From: the human T2T-CHM13v2.0 reference genome, Homo sapiens
DNA length: 64,000 bases
Assembly: GCF_009914755.1 (NCBI RefSeq)
Contig: NC_060935.1
Direction: 5' to 3' (one strand)
The notes below the pieces were generated by a model. It worked only from the letters and a program-made list of their open reading frames with translations, was not told the origin of the DNA and ran no database searches. Position numbers and translations under genes: made by a program. This document shows positions 38,068-53,834 of this stretch, one piece after another. Every line of letters begins with the position of its first letter. Positions within the stretch are counted from its first letter, which is position 1.

Positions 38068-39522
38068 CTAAAATTAATCAATGATTTCAGCAAATCCTCA
38101 GGATAGAAAATCAATACATAAAAATCATTTTTATTTCTATACACTAGAAATGAACAAGTAGAAACTGAAGTGAAAAACATAATGTTAACTATAATCACTC
38201 ACAAGGAAAATTTAATAAGCTGGAATTCATTAACGTTAAATATATTCAATTAAGAGAGTGAAAATGTAAGCCACGGGCAGGGAAAAGATATTTTTGGTGT
38301 ATATATCCATCAACAGAATCCTAAACAGAATATAAAATGTTTTGGCAAAACACTAAAGAAAAGTTAGATGACCTTCACAGAAATGGGCTAAAGATGTAAA
38401 CAAACACATTACAAAAAGGATCACCAATAACTGAATGAAAATTTGCAGAGTATTATAGAAAATCTGGCAAATGCAAAGTAAAACCATAATCAGATAGGAC
38501 TGCACCTATATTGCTCTCTGAGAGGACTGACAATATCAAGTGTTGATGCTAATGTGGAGCAACTGGAATGCTCATAGGAATGCTCATATATTATTATAGA
38601 GGAAGTTTCAATTTGTATAATTACTATAAAAATTGTTTGAAAGTATCTATAAACTCTGAACAAATTTATGTTTTATGACCTTGAATCCCTGAGTATATAC
38701 CAAACAGAAATGATTGCTTATATTTATCAAAAACCTGGCCAAGAATATTCAAAACAGGTTTATTCACTGTATTCTCAAATTGGAAGGCACACTAATGTGC
38801 ATCAATAGTGAAATAGATCAGATATATATACATATATGACCATTATATATTAATAGATCATATATATAATAAAAGTATAAAAAATAGCTAGAACTATACA
38901 CTGGAAATTCATGATTGTGGTTGCTTCTGAGGAAGTAGAAGGGGGAATAAAATTGTAAGGAGGGGTCAAAGAGAGTTCTGAATTGGTCAGTAATCTTTTG
39001 TTTCCTTCATTTAGAAGATAAACAAAAAAACAGTATCACCCTTAGATCTAGGAAACAGTCATCTCTCCTCAGCCCTGAACTTTAAACTTTTTTACATAAT
39101 CACAAATGCTCAAAAATATTTTATTTTAAAAATAATAAAATAATAATAAAACTCTCAAGTGTATTTTTAAAATGTGCACAACTCTTTTCATTTGCCATTA
39201 CATTATTATACGATAATAATATTTTATGGGACAGAGAGAATCATAATTTGTAAGTGATAGTGGTAATTAATATGATGAACTTAAAATATTTTGTAATACA
39301 TTTTGTGATAATGATTATTTCTCATATAAACAGAAAGATATCTTAAGCTCTGAAAATGTAAGTAACTGTCTAGAAGTAACTATGACAAAACGTTAGCAAT
39401 TTTCAGTTCTGAGTAGTGGAAATACAACTGTTTTATTAATCTGGTTGTATTTTAAGACAGTTTAACATTTTAAAAAATATTGAGTGGTTAGTTTTATGAC
39501 ATGATACAATGTGTGTTAATAA

Positions 39523-39851
<329 letters not shown>

Positions 39852-40600
39852 TGTTCTTACTTTTCTAAATTTTAATATAATTAACACATTTCATTTTATA
39901 ATCAAAAAGGAAAATAGCATTCTAAAATTAAAAAGAACTGTTTGGAATAAGGATGATTTTAAGAACCTGATCCTTGCAGGGGCCTGATTAAGCCTTTTAA
40001 TACTTAAAGAAAAAACTGGCCAAACAGGCCTTGTTGGTCATTCACAGACATCCACCAGTAGCAACTAGGCAATGGAGGAAAGTGTGATGCTGGCGGTGCT
40101 GGGTTGGGGGTTTGGAATATAGAAGTTAAAGGGAGAAGGTTAGAATGGATCTGATTAAATTAGTGCAAAATAACCGCATTATCTAATCAGAGTGGATACT
40201 GGAAGGGATGAATTGGCTGTGGGGAGACCAGCAATAAAGGACCTTAGGCTCCACGGACTCATCCCCTACCTTGTATGATGTTGTCATCTAGTATTTTAAT
40301 TCTAGGCCAGGATTCCTCCACAAACTGGACATTATTTCTTAAATTTTATACCATGTTTGTTTAGAGTTTGTGACATATTTACAAATATATTTGTTCATCA
40401 TTCCTTCAAAAATTCATTCAATCTATCATCCAGTTCACTAATTCTATCTTCAGTGGTATAACCTGACTTTCTTCAAATGGGATTTGTATTTTCAATAATT
40501 AAATTTTTATTTTTGAGAATTTCTATGTGAACTTTTCTCAATTCTGCCTGGTTATTCCATGCTAATACTTTAAGCTGGTCTTATATTTATTTAACTATAT

Positions 40601-40961
40601 TGTATTAGTCAGTTCAGACTGCCGTAACAAACACCATAGACTGGCTTAAAACAACATACGTTTATTTTCTCACAGCATGAAGGCTGGAATTCTAAGATCA
40701 GGGTGCCAGCATTGCTGGGTTTGTGATGAGGCCTCTCTTCCCAGCTTGCAGGAGAAACTTTCTCACTCTGTCTTCATTTGGCAGAGGGACAGAGTGAGTT
40801 CTCTAGTGTCTCTTCTTAGAAGGACACTAATCCTTTCAGACCAGGGCTCTATCCTTATAACCTCATTTAACCTCAATTACTTCCTCACTCCAAAAACAGT
40901 CAAGTTAAGGACGGGGGCTTTGACATATGAGTTTTGGGGAGATGCAATTCAGTCCATAGCA
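40601..40961 (-). mobile_element. MLT1A-like solo LTR
   Basis: tgtattagtc...ttcagtccatagca; TSD TATAT/CATAT. Confidence 0.85.
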
Positions 40962-41342
40962 CATATTAAATTTAATTACTTCAGTGTCCATGTCTTATAT
41001 TCCAGTTATCTGTAGCTGTAAAGTTCCTATTTCTGTGTTCTGTTTTCTCTGCTGGTTCCTGTGGATGATGCCTTGCTTCTTAGTACATTTTGTGATTTTG
41101 TTTTACAGTGAGTTACTCATTTTTGTTGGAACTTTATCTGTGGGAGTTCTTGGAGGCCTGGATTGAGTATGCATTATTTCAGAGAGGATTTATATTTATG
41201 TCTCTCAGTCAACTAGCAGCCTAACAAGCAACCACTTTAAATAGTATCATCAGCTTGCATTTTTCATTTTTTGTAGAATCATTGTAAAATCATTTGATGA
41301 TCAGTTTGCGGTTACAAATTTTCAGATGATTATTTTCCCTGA

Positions 41343-41546
<204 letters not shown>

Positions 41547-41894
41547 TGTTGTCTCCTTTTTTTTGCAGAAAGTTTGTTTTTCTCATTCACCTTGCCCTTA
41601 GAGTGGGGTCTCAGCTTTACATAAGGGTCTCAGGTTTGATTTTTTGCTTTTAGTGGCCTTCGGCTTTGCTTTCTATTCTCCGTGCATCACATGGCTATGA
41701 AGGCAGGAACCCCAGTTCTCTAGTATTTGGCAGGGTTTTCTAGGAGCTGCTCATCTCTCAGGGTTCCTGCTTTAACATCATTTATGGCTCTGTAGATTCC
41801 TTATAGTTTTTCTAGTTCAGAGAAATAATTAAAATGATGTGTGTTTTTAAAAAATATATTTAAAGTTGCCTTTTTATGGCTCAGTTGGGAAAGT

Positions 41895-42411
41895 ATGGTA
41901 AATTATTACACTAATAGTCCCCAGTGAATTATGTTTCCCTATGTCAGTGCTCCTTTATAATGTGACTTGGATGTTACAGCTCTTATCATCCAGAGGTGTT
42001 GACAATTTCTCCACCCTTTGAATCAGGGCTGATCTTTGACTTGTTTTGACCAGTAGAATGTGGTATAAGAGACACTGTATGACTTAAGAAGCCTTTCCGC
42101 TTCATTTTTGCTTTCCTTGAAAACTTCCAACATCATATGAACAAGTCCTAGATTAAAGACCACAGTCTAGAGGAGCGAGGCTGAGCTATCCCAGCCATCC
42201 CAGCTGAGATCTCGGACATGGGAGTGATGGCATCTAAAAATGGCCATTCTCCCTGCAATCTATTAACTGAATGTAGCTCCATGAATAAACTCAAGTGAGA
42301 GAAGCAGAACCTCCCAGCCAACTCACAGAATTGTGAGAAATAATAAATCATTATTGTTTTAAGCCACTAAGTTTTGGGGTGGTTGGTCACACATCAATGG
42401 AAACTGATACA
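41895..42411 (+). mobile_element. MLT1H-like LTR
   Basis: 3' end ttttaagccactaagttttggggtggtt...aactgataca. Confidence 0.75.
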
Positions 42412-42586
42412 AAGGGTCATTGCTATATGTATCCCCCCATATTGCTGGAAAAGGATGTCCCCAGTGTGGATATAAGAACTGAAGAGGGGTAATGATGGCA
42501 TCCTTGTAGGGGAAGCAGGGCAGGGTGTGATGAAGAGAAATTGCTTATGATAAAGACATTTATAAAATACATATTAAGAATAATGA

Positions 42587-42895
42587 GGCTAGGCACAGTG
42601 GCTCATGCCTGTAGTCCTAGCATTTTGAGAGGCTAAGGCGGGCAGATCATTGAGCTCGGAATTCAAGACCAGCCTGGGCATCATGGTGAAACCTCATCTG
42701 TACAAAAAAAGTACAAAAATCAGCCGGTTGTGGTAGCATATGCCTGTAGTCCTAGCTACTTAGGAGGCTGAGATGGAAGGATGGCTTGAGCCCAGGAGGC
42801 AGAAGTTGCTGTGAGCTGAGATCATGCCACTGCACTCCAGCCTGGGCAGCAGAGCTAGACTCTGTCTCAAAACAAAACAAAACAAAACAAAAAAA
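42587..42895 (+). mobile_element. Alu (J/early S)
   Basis: Full Alu with (AAAAC)n tail; TSD AAGAATAATG. Confidence 0.92.
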
Positions 42896-42905
42896 GAATA
42901 ATGGA

Positions 42906-44038
42906 AGTTTTAATCATAAAGGATGCTGGATTTTGTCTAATGCTTTTTCTGCATCTATTGAGATGATCATATGATTTTGCTTTTAACTCTGTTTATGTGG
43001 TATATCACATTATTGACTTGCATATGTTAAACCATCCCTTCATCCCTGGTATGAAACCCACTTGATCATGGTGGATTATCTTTTTGATATGTTGTTGGAT
43101 TTGGTTAGCTAGTATTTTGTTAAGGATTTTAGCCTCTATGTTCATTAAGGATATTGGTCTGTAGTTTTCTTTTTGGTTATGTTCTTTCCTGGTTTTGGTA
43201 CTAGGGTGATGCTGGCTTCATAGAATGAATTAGGGAGAGTTCCTTCTTGTTCTATCTTGTGGAAGAGTGTCAAAATGATTAGTACCAATTCTTCTTTGAA
43301 TGTCTAGTAGAATTCTGCTGTGAATCCACCTGGTCCTGGTCTTTTTTTGTTGGTAAATTTTAAATTACCATTTCAATCTCTCTGCTTGTTATTGATCCAT
43401 TCAGGGTATCTAATTCTTCCTGATTTAAGTTAGGAGGGTTGTATTTTTCCAGGAATTTATCCATTTCTTCTAGGTTTTCTAGTTTATATTAATAAAGGTG
43501 TTCATAGTAACCTTGAATGATCTTTTGTATTTCAGTGGTGTCGGTTGTAATATCTCCTGTTTTGTTTCTTAATGAGATTATTTGGATTTTCTCTCTTTTC
43601 TTGGTTAATCTTGCTAATGGCAAAATCATGGAATCAACCCAAATACCCATCAATCAACAAGTAGATAAAGAAACTGTGGTATATTTATACGATGGAATAC
43701 TACTCAGCCATAAAAAGGAATTAATTAATGGCATTTGCAGCAACCTGGATGAGATTGGAGACTATTATTCTAAGTGAAGTAACTCAGGAATGGAAAACCA
43801 AACATCATGTGTTCTCACCGATATGTGGGAGCTAAGCTATGAGGACACAATGGCATGAGAATAATACAATGGACTTTGGGGAACTGGGGTGAAGGATGCT
43901 GGGATAAAAGACTACAAATAGGGTGCAGTGTATACTGCTCAGGTGATGGGTGCACCAAAATCTCACAAATCACCACTGAAGAACTTACTCATGTAACCAA
44001 ATACCACCTGCACCCCAATAACTTATGAGAAAAAAAAA
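42906..44038. mobile_element. 5'-inverted L1 (L1PB-like): antisense ORF2 ~42906-43620 and sense 3' end ~43620-44038
   Basis: Strand switch at about 43620; poly-A; TSD AAGAATAATGG. Confidence 0.88.
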
Positions 44039-44286
44039 GAATAATGGGACCCAGTTTGTTCTCTGTTGGAGAAGGGAATTAGACACAACTAGAATGAATC
44101 CAAGGTTTGGCCGAATTGTAGGTACCAACATAAATTTATGGCTGTTGATATATATGGATGTATAGAGAAAAAAGTGGCCAAATATGGCATGATTTGATTA
44201 TAAAAATAAATAATGATACTAATGGATTATAACCCATTGAATAAAATATGAGTCCAAACATTTATACAGATATAAAACAATGAATA

Positions 44287-44576
44287 GGTCTGACAAGGTG
44301 GCCCGTGCCTTTAATTCCAGCACTTTGGAAGGCTGAGGCAGGAGGATCCCTTGAGTACAGGAGTTCAAGACCAGCCAGGGCAACATAGTGAAACTCTGCC
44401 TCTACAAAAAATTTAAAAATTACCTGGGCATGGCATTGCATACCTGTGGTCCTAGCTACTTGGGAGGCTGAGGCAGGAGGACTGCTTGAGCCCAAGCAGT
44501 TCAAGGTTACAGGGAGCCGTGATCATACCACTTCACTCCAGCCTGGGTGACAGAGTGAGGCCCTGTCTCAAAAAAA
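44287..44576 (+). mobile_element. AluJ
   Basis: Diverged Alu. Confidence 0.9.
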
Positions 44577-45183
44577 GTGAATATAGTGAAAATTTGATAA
44601 GACACAGAACAGTTACACAGTGTCAATGTATTTCCCCACAAATTGCTTATTAATTACATACATAGAAATAGAATAACTTTCCGACTCCACAGCATGACAC
44701 ATATTCCTTTAATCAAGTAATCAAATTTAACATCACCAATACTGTGACAAGGTGAAATCATGCAGGACGTGATAGAAAGCGATCAGAAGAACACAGCATC
44801 ATTACAGCAACATGCCTGGCAAAGATGAGGAACTTGAATGCAGTCAGTGAGAAGCAGATAAGCCTGTATTTGTTAGCAATTGCCAAGTAAAATGGCCTCA
44901 AAACTTCATGGATTAAACCAATATTTATTCTCTTTCACAGTTTCTATGGGTCAGGAATTTGGGAGTACATGAACTGGAGGGTGGCGGGGGCAACCTCTCT
45001 TGAGGTTGCTGGATCACTTCCAAGGTAGCTGTCACATGGCTTGCAAGTCAATGCTGACGGAGGACGGGAGGCTCTGGTTTATCTCCAGGTGGGCTTCTCC
45101 ACAGAGCTGTTTGAGTGTCATGATATAATGCCTGGCTTCCTCCAGAATTCTGCTTTGGATTTTGCTTAAAACTGCTTAAAACA

Positions 45184-45579
<396 letters not shown>

Positions 45580-45619
45580 TCATTTCTTAGCTGACCTTCT
45601 CTATAAAAGTCACCATGCT

Positions 45620-45911
45620 TTATATTTATTTCTTTATTTATTTCAGACAAGGTCTCCTCTGTCACCCAGACTGGAGCGCAGCCGCGTGATCACGGCTCAC
45701 TGCAGCCTCAACTTCCTGGGCTCAGGTGATTCTCCCACCTCAGCCTCCCAAGTAGCTGGGATCACAGGCACATGCCACCATGCCCAGATAATTTTTTGTA
45801 TTTTCAGTAGAGATGGGTTTTCGCCTTGTTGCCACTCCTGACCTCAAGTGATCCACCTGTCTCAGCCTCCCAAAATGTTGGGATTACAGGCATGTGCCAG
45901 CACACTTGGCT
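45620..45911 (-). mobile_element. AluJ
   Basis: Reverse Alu. Confidence 0.9.
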
Positions 45912-46224
45912 CATGATGCTTCAAACTTCAGAAACACAGAAAAGGACCAAAAAAAAAAAAAATTAAAAATCACCTATTATCTAATTACCTGTCAATATGT
46001 TGGCATATAGCTTTCTGGTCCTTTTTCTGTGCATATATATCTATGTACTGTATATTGACACATACTTAAAAAATATATAAACAGACTATTATATTAGTCA
46101 TATTTTTATTTTAAATGCCCATAAACAGACCAGCAATATTTTTCTACAATATGAAAATAAATTACTTACCTGCTTTTACACATCAAGTAAACAATGAGGC
46201 TGAGATTCAACCCAGTCTTGCTGA

Positions 46225-46717
<493 letters not shown>

Positions 46718-47354
46718 AGAGGTGTACTGTTTTTTATGCACCACCTTCATCCATAGGGTACTTACATAGCTAATGGTGGTGACAGTCTCTATTTTATAGC
46801 ATTTCTTTAAGGGGTTTATTTAAAATAGTGCTACATAGTTTACCACTGGCCCCTTTGGAAGTGATGTTGGGATATGTCAGTGATGCTGAGGTATGGAAGT
46901 GATGTTGGGATATGTCAAACTCCATGTCAGATGTTGGGATATTCAATCATTCAATATTTGAATATCCACTCTGCATAAAGTTCTGCATCTCAAGTCTCTT
47001 GGGAGTGCAGAGATGTGAATGCTAATTTCTTTCAGGAAGCACTCTGAAATTCAACTAGGGAGAGAATATAAATAAACAACACACAGTAGCAGCAGGCAGT
47101 CTGTACTCAGTGGTGGTAGCCAGGGGAAGCAGAGAGCATGACGGGCTTTATCATCAGAAAGACTTCATTGAGAAGTAGGGACTTGAGCTCATCCTCCAAT
47201 GATGGATGGAATGTACATGCAGCAAGGATTTCTGGCAAAAGAAATACTTTTAATAAAGATGCCAGGACAGAATGCTTTAGATTTGTGTGGTAGAACATGA
47301 AGAGATCAGGTAGCTAGAAGGTGACAAAGAGAAACATGGATAAGAAGTTTGACC

Positions 47355-47640
47355 AGGTTGGGCATGATGGCTCACATCTGTAATCTCAGTGCTTTTGGAG
47401 GGTGACACAGGAGAATTACTTGAGACCAGGGAGTTTAAGACCAGCCTGGACAACATAGTGAGACCCAGTCTCTATAAAAAAAATATAGCCAGGTGTGGAG
47501 ATGCATGCCTGTAGTCCTAGCTACTCAGGCTGAGGTAGCAGCATTGCTTGAGCCCAGGAGATTGAAGCTGTAGTGAGCAACGATCATGTGAATGCACACC
47601 ACTCTGGGCAACAGAGAAAGATCCTGTATCCAAAAAAAAA
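47355..47640 (+). mobile_element. AluJ
   Basis: Diverged Alu body. Confidence 0.88.
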
Positions 47641-47870
47641 GAAGAAGAAAGGAGAAGAAAGAAGGAGAAGGAGAAAGAGAAGGAGGAGGAGAAGAAGGAG
47701 GAGGAGGAGAAGGAGGAGGAGGAGAAGAAGGAGGAGGAGGAAGAGGAGGAAGAAGGAGCAGGAGGAGAAAGAAGGAGGAGGTGGAGAAGAAGAAGAGAGA
47801 AGAGGAAAGAAAGAAAGAAAGAAAGAAAGAAAAAGAAAGAAAGAAAGGAAGGAAGGAAAAGAAGAAGAAG
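47632..47870 (+). repeat. (GAA/GGA/GAAA)n polypurine tract grown from the Alu tail
   Basis: 239 bp with only two pyrimidines. Confidence 0.95.
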
Positions 47871-48415
47871 TCGTCAGACCCAGGACGTGTCGTGGAGAAC
47901 CCTGAGTGTACATCCAGAACAAATTTTATTAAATGGGATGAAACTGAGTCAGATGAGAGCCAGGTTCTATATGGGAAATGAGGATTTAGAGTCTTTTTAT
48001 AGATAACTCCCCAGAGCCAATTGATAGGGAAAAGAAGAAGAAATGGGATGGTGACCCCAAAGGGTCAGTTAAAGTTACTAACAATATTGGAGACTTATGT
48101 TGTGCAACAAAGTTACACATACTTGAAGGCTGAAGAGACAGTCCTAATGGAGAGAGAAAGATGGAAGATGATACACAGGGAGAGAGAGAATAGTGAAGCA
48201 TTTTCCAATGAGGTGAAGAGGGCATAGAATCCAGAACACATATGTTGATGGAGAAGTTGGGGGAAGAATTACCTTTGAGAAGGAGGGAAATCACATACTC
48301 TGAGACAAGAGGAATGGAGCCTGGCCTAAGGGTAGGGATGGACTGGTTAGAAGCAGAGAGGAGGGTAGATGATGCATTTTCCTGGTCCTGGGCTAGGCAT
48401 GGCTCAGTGGGTTCA

Positions 48416-48862
<447 letters not shown>

Positions 48863-49032
48863 TCATATCCAGAACTCCCAAGGGACCATTTTTTACAAGT
48901 GAGCTGGGTTTTTTTTGTGGGGTGGATAAGTCCCTCCCATTCATAGAGAAGATGGTGACTCTCCAGCTCTTCGTTTTGCCTTCCTTCATGACACTGAAAT
49001 TTTCAGGGGCTAGGATTACCTTGGTTCTTTGG

Positions 49033-49244
49033 CAGCACCATCCAGTAGAATTTTCTGTGATGATAGAAATGTTCTGTATTTGCACTTTCCAATATGGTAG
49101 GTACCAGCTACATGTGGCTTTTGAGCACTTTAAGTGTGGCTAGTGTAACTGAGGACATGAATTTTTAAGCTTTATTTAATTTTAATTATTTTAAATTTAA
49201 ATATCCACAAGAGACTAATGGCCACATTCAATAATAGAACAGCT
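49033..49244. mobile_element. MER3-like hAT element
   Basis: ccagtagaattttctgtgatgatagaaatgttct...ctacatgtggcttttgagcactt. Confidence 0.8.
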
Positions 49245-49947
49245 CTTGAATGGTCTCTTTCTCCTTAGTGAGGAACAAGATAAGAACTTCTACAGGAGAG
49301 AAGGATGCATGAGGCCAGACAGAAAATTTTGCTGTTGAGAGGCACCAGCTTTCCCAGTGACTACTCTGGTGGACCCTGACAAGAGTAAGTCTGTAGTTTC
49401 AGAAACTCCACACTCTCTTCTGTTTGCCATCTTTGTGAATCTGTTCACGAGGAGACAGTTTTGGAGATTTTTTTTTTCATGACTAGATTCTGAGTATTCT
49501 CTCATCTTAAGGACAGTCCTGTCCTTAAATCCACACATCTGGAAAGCAGAATTAGCTCCCAAGGATGCTTGATGAGGAAATATGGAAACACAGGAGACCA
49601 TTTCACCAAGGCCAAAGCAGCTCCAGTTCCTCTTTTGTGGTCATAGAGAGGAAGTCCGGAGTCATAGAAATTATCCTGGCTTAGAATCAGAGAGACTTGG
49701 ATTCAAATTTTGGCTCAGAAACAAGTTATCTAACCATTTTGGCTTTGCATTTAACATTTGTAAAATGGAAAGAACAATATCTACCTAAAAGGACTGTTCT
49801 GGGTGTTATACATAGTTAATAACTTATTTATATTTATTACACATGAATGTATTAATACCAGGTATTATGTTAAATATTGGGGATGAAATTGTGGGCAAAG
49901 CAGATAGGAGTCTTGTTTCAAAAAAGCATATGTTCTAGCATGGGAAA

Positions 49948-50383
49948 TGTCTTCGTTCATTTTGTGTTGCTGTAACAGAATACCTGTGGCTGGGTAATTT
50001 ATAAAGGAAAGAGGTTCATTTGTCTCACGGTTCTGTGGGCTGGGAAGTTCAAGAGCATGGGTGCTGGATTCTGGTGAGGGCTTTCCTGCTGTGTCATAAT
50101 AGTAGCAGTTCAAAGGGGGAGTCAAATTTGAAGGGGCCCAACATTCAAGGTGTCCTTGCTTTATAAACAAGTTGCTCTTGCAGGAATGGATCAAGTCTAA
50201 TGAGAGCAAGAACTCATTATTGCGAGAACAGCACCAAGCCATTTATGGGAGATCTGTCCCCATTACCTAAACACCTCCCATTAAGCTCCACCTCTTAAAG
50301 GTTTCACCTCCTAACATTGTTACCTTAGCAATTAGATTTCAGCATGAGTTTTGGCAGGGACAAATCACATTCAAACCACAGCA
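49948..50383 (-). mobile_element. MaLR solo LTR (MST-like)
   Basis: tgtcttcgttcatttt...attcaaaccacagca; TSD GGAAA/GGAAG. Confidence 0.85.
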
Positions 50384-50499
50384 GGAAGACAAACATTCAT
50401 CAAATAATCACATGAGTATATACTATATTTTTACAATATAATTACATGCTATGTAAAATTACAGACTGTGATAAGTTCAGGAAAGGAGAGTAAAGGTGA

Positions 50500-51070
50500 G
50501 GTGATTTTTAAAGTATACTTGCATTTTTTTTTGATGCTGTTCCTCTCCCTCTTTTTAGAATAAGGTAGAATCTAATTCCTCTCTGATTAGATATGATCCA
50601 GTCTTAGTGTCTCACTTCTGACAAATAGAATATGGCAGAAGTGGTGCTATGTGGCTTCTGAGGCTAATTCATACAGAAGGATACAGCTTTCTTCCATGCA
50701 CTCACTTGCTCCTCTCTCTCTTTCTCTCCTTCAATGCTTAACTTTGAGATCAAGTCAACAGGTTGTGAGGAAGCCTAGGAAATAAGGAGAGTCCTATGTA
50801 GAGCAGAACTGAGGCTTCTTGACAACAGCCAACACCAACGTGCCAGCTACATGAGTGAGCAGTCTTTAAGTGGAAACTCCAGTCTTAATCAGACCTTCAG
50901 ATAATGCATTCCTCGCTGACCTCTGCAATCTCAGGAGAGACCACAAGCCAGAACCACTTAGCCATGCCATTCCCAAATGCAGAAGCTGTGAGAAATAATA
51001 AATGATTATTACTGTTTTAAGACATTGAGTTTTAAAGAGATTTGTTACCCACCATTAGACAACTAACACA
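50500..51070 (+). mobile_element. MLT1-type LTR
   Basis: gtgagaaataataaatgattattactgttttaag...caactaacaca. Confidence 0.7.
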
Positions 51071-51079
51071 ATAGAAAAC

Positions 51080-52270
51080 CAGGAGATAAAGTCTGAGGGA
51101 TCAGTAAAGACTTTCTTGATGAAATAACATTTGAACTTATAACAGGAAGAGAGGAATTAATTAGCTCAAGAAGAGAGAGAAGTATTCTAAGGAGCTATAC
51201 CAACACAAACAAGGGCCCTGTGAGCAAATGATAAATTTGAGAAATTAGGAGTTATCTAGTTTGGGAAGAACACAGTGTTGGGAGGGAGAGGTGCAAGATG
51301 CTTGAAAAGGTGTCAGGGGTAGGGGAGGGTTAGATCATTAAGGGCCTTAGAAAGGACTTATTTTCTAAACATGATAGAACACTCTTGAAGGGTATTTATC
51401 AGGTAGGGAGGTATCAAGCCTAACATTCTAGGTTTCTGCTGATTTCCCAGAGATGGAAACACTGGATGAGAACCAAGTTTACAGTGGAAGATTATGGTTT
51501 TGGACAGGTTGCTTGAGATACTTTTGAGATACCCAGATGGTGGTATCATGTAAGAGATCAGATATACACATCTGGAGTTCCAGAGAGAGAGAGAGAGAGA
51601 GAGAGACAGATGGATCACATGTGCATGTTTGGAAGACAACAGCGAAAAAATAATAATTGAAACCAATGGAGTGAACGAGCTCAGCTGGAGACAGGATATA
51701 AAGTGAAACTAGAAGAAAGCCTAAGATCCAGAATTACAAAATTCATGGCTCGCTAGAGGGGACCAGGTCAGTTAAGCAAAATGAGACAGAGCAGCCAGAG
51801 AAGTAGGAATTAAATGAACAGAGTGTCTCAGGGAGGTGGTGGTTAATAATGTCAAATAATACAAGTAAGATGGTAGATGAAAGGCCTACTGAACTAACTA
51901 CACTCATGAAAGGCTAGAACGACCACTGTTTGAATGCAATTCCTGATGGGTGCAGAAGCCCAATTGGAGAGGGTTGAGAAATAAGTAGGAGGTAAATAAA
52001 TGGAGGCAATGAGGCCAGACAATTCCTCTCAGACGTTTTGCCATGAAAGGGAAGAGAGAGGACAGTAGCTGGGCATGAGGCCAGAACAACAGAAGGTTAT
52101 TTTTTGTTGTATTTAAGATGGGAAAGAGATTTATTTAAATGCTGATGAAAAGGATCAAGTATAGAAGCTGAAGATCTGGAAGAGAGAGGAATAATGTGTA
52201 CAGAAAGGACTATGAAAATGTAAGAAGGGATAGGACTCACAACCAAGTGAAGTCCTTGATGCATGGGAGG
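51080..52270 (+). mobile_element. L2 remnant
   Basis: Purine-rich L2-like motifs (ggttttggacaggttgcttgagatacttttgagatacccagatgg). Confidence 0.6.
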
Positions 52271-52327
52271 TATGTGATTATTGATAGTTGTCTTTAGCAT
52301 GTATTTTTAACTTTGAAAAAAAATTGT

Positions 52328-53180
<853 letters not shown>

Positions 53181-53181
53181 T

Positions 53182-53486
53182 GCCGGGTGCAGTGGCCTGC
53201 GCCTGTAATCCCAGCACTTTGGGAGGCCGAGGCGGGTGGACCACGAGGTCAGGAAATCGAGACCATCCTGGCTAACACGGTGAAACTCCATCTTTACTAA
53301 AAATATAAAAAATTAGCCGGGCATGGTGGCAGGCGCCTGTAGTCCAGGCTGCTCGGGAGGCTGAGGCAGGAGAATGGCATAAGTAAACCTGGGAGGCGGA
53401 GCTTGCAGTGAGCCTAGATGGCGCCACTGCACTCCAGCCTGGGTGACAGAGAGAGACTGTCTCAAAAAAAAAAAAAAAAAAGAAAA
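53182..53486 (+). mobile_element. AluY/Sc
   Basis: Full Alu with poly-A. Confidence 0.92.
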
Positions 53487-53834
53487 GAGGTAACTAGTAT
53501 CATCCTTATTAATACATCTCTCCTTGTCTTCCAAAGCAATATCTTCTGGAGCCAGGTACAACTTTAGGGTCAATTCTAACCCATTGGCTCTGGCTCTCCT
53601 TCCTAGCTTCAGGCTGACTCAAGAGTTTGTCTCAGCATGATTTGTTACCACTCAGTAGACCACTGTTTCAGCTTCTTTCTTGGTAAGAACTGGTGGGGGG
53701 AAATGAACCCTTTTGTATCATTAGTGATATACATGATTGTTACATCTCCAGGTAAGTCACCCCTGTGGACGTTGATCTTCTGCCTTCATTGCAGTGGGCA
53801 GCTAATACAATAGCTAAGTGGGAGCAGCTAATAC

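Noticed and set aside
44178-44187. Perfect CArG box CCAAATATGG
   Set aside because: Isolated, in repeat-derived AT-rich DNA, and expected by chance in 64 kb
47573-47981. Poly-Arg, poly-Leu and Glu/Gly ORFs
   Set aside because: Translations of the purine repeat
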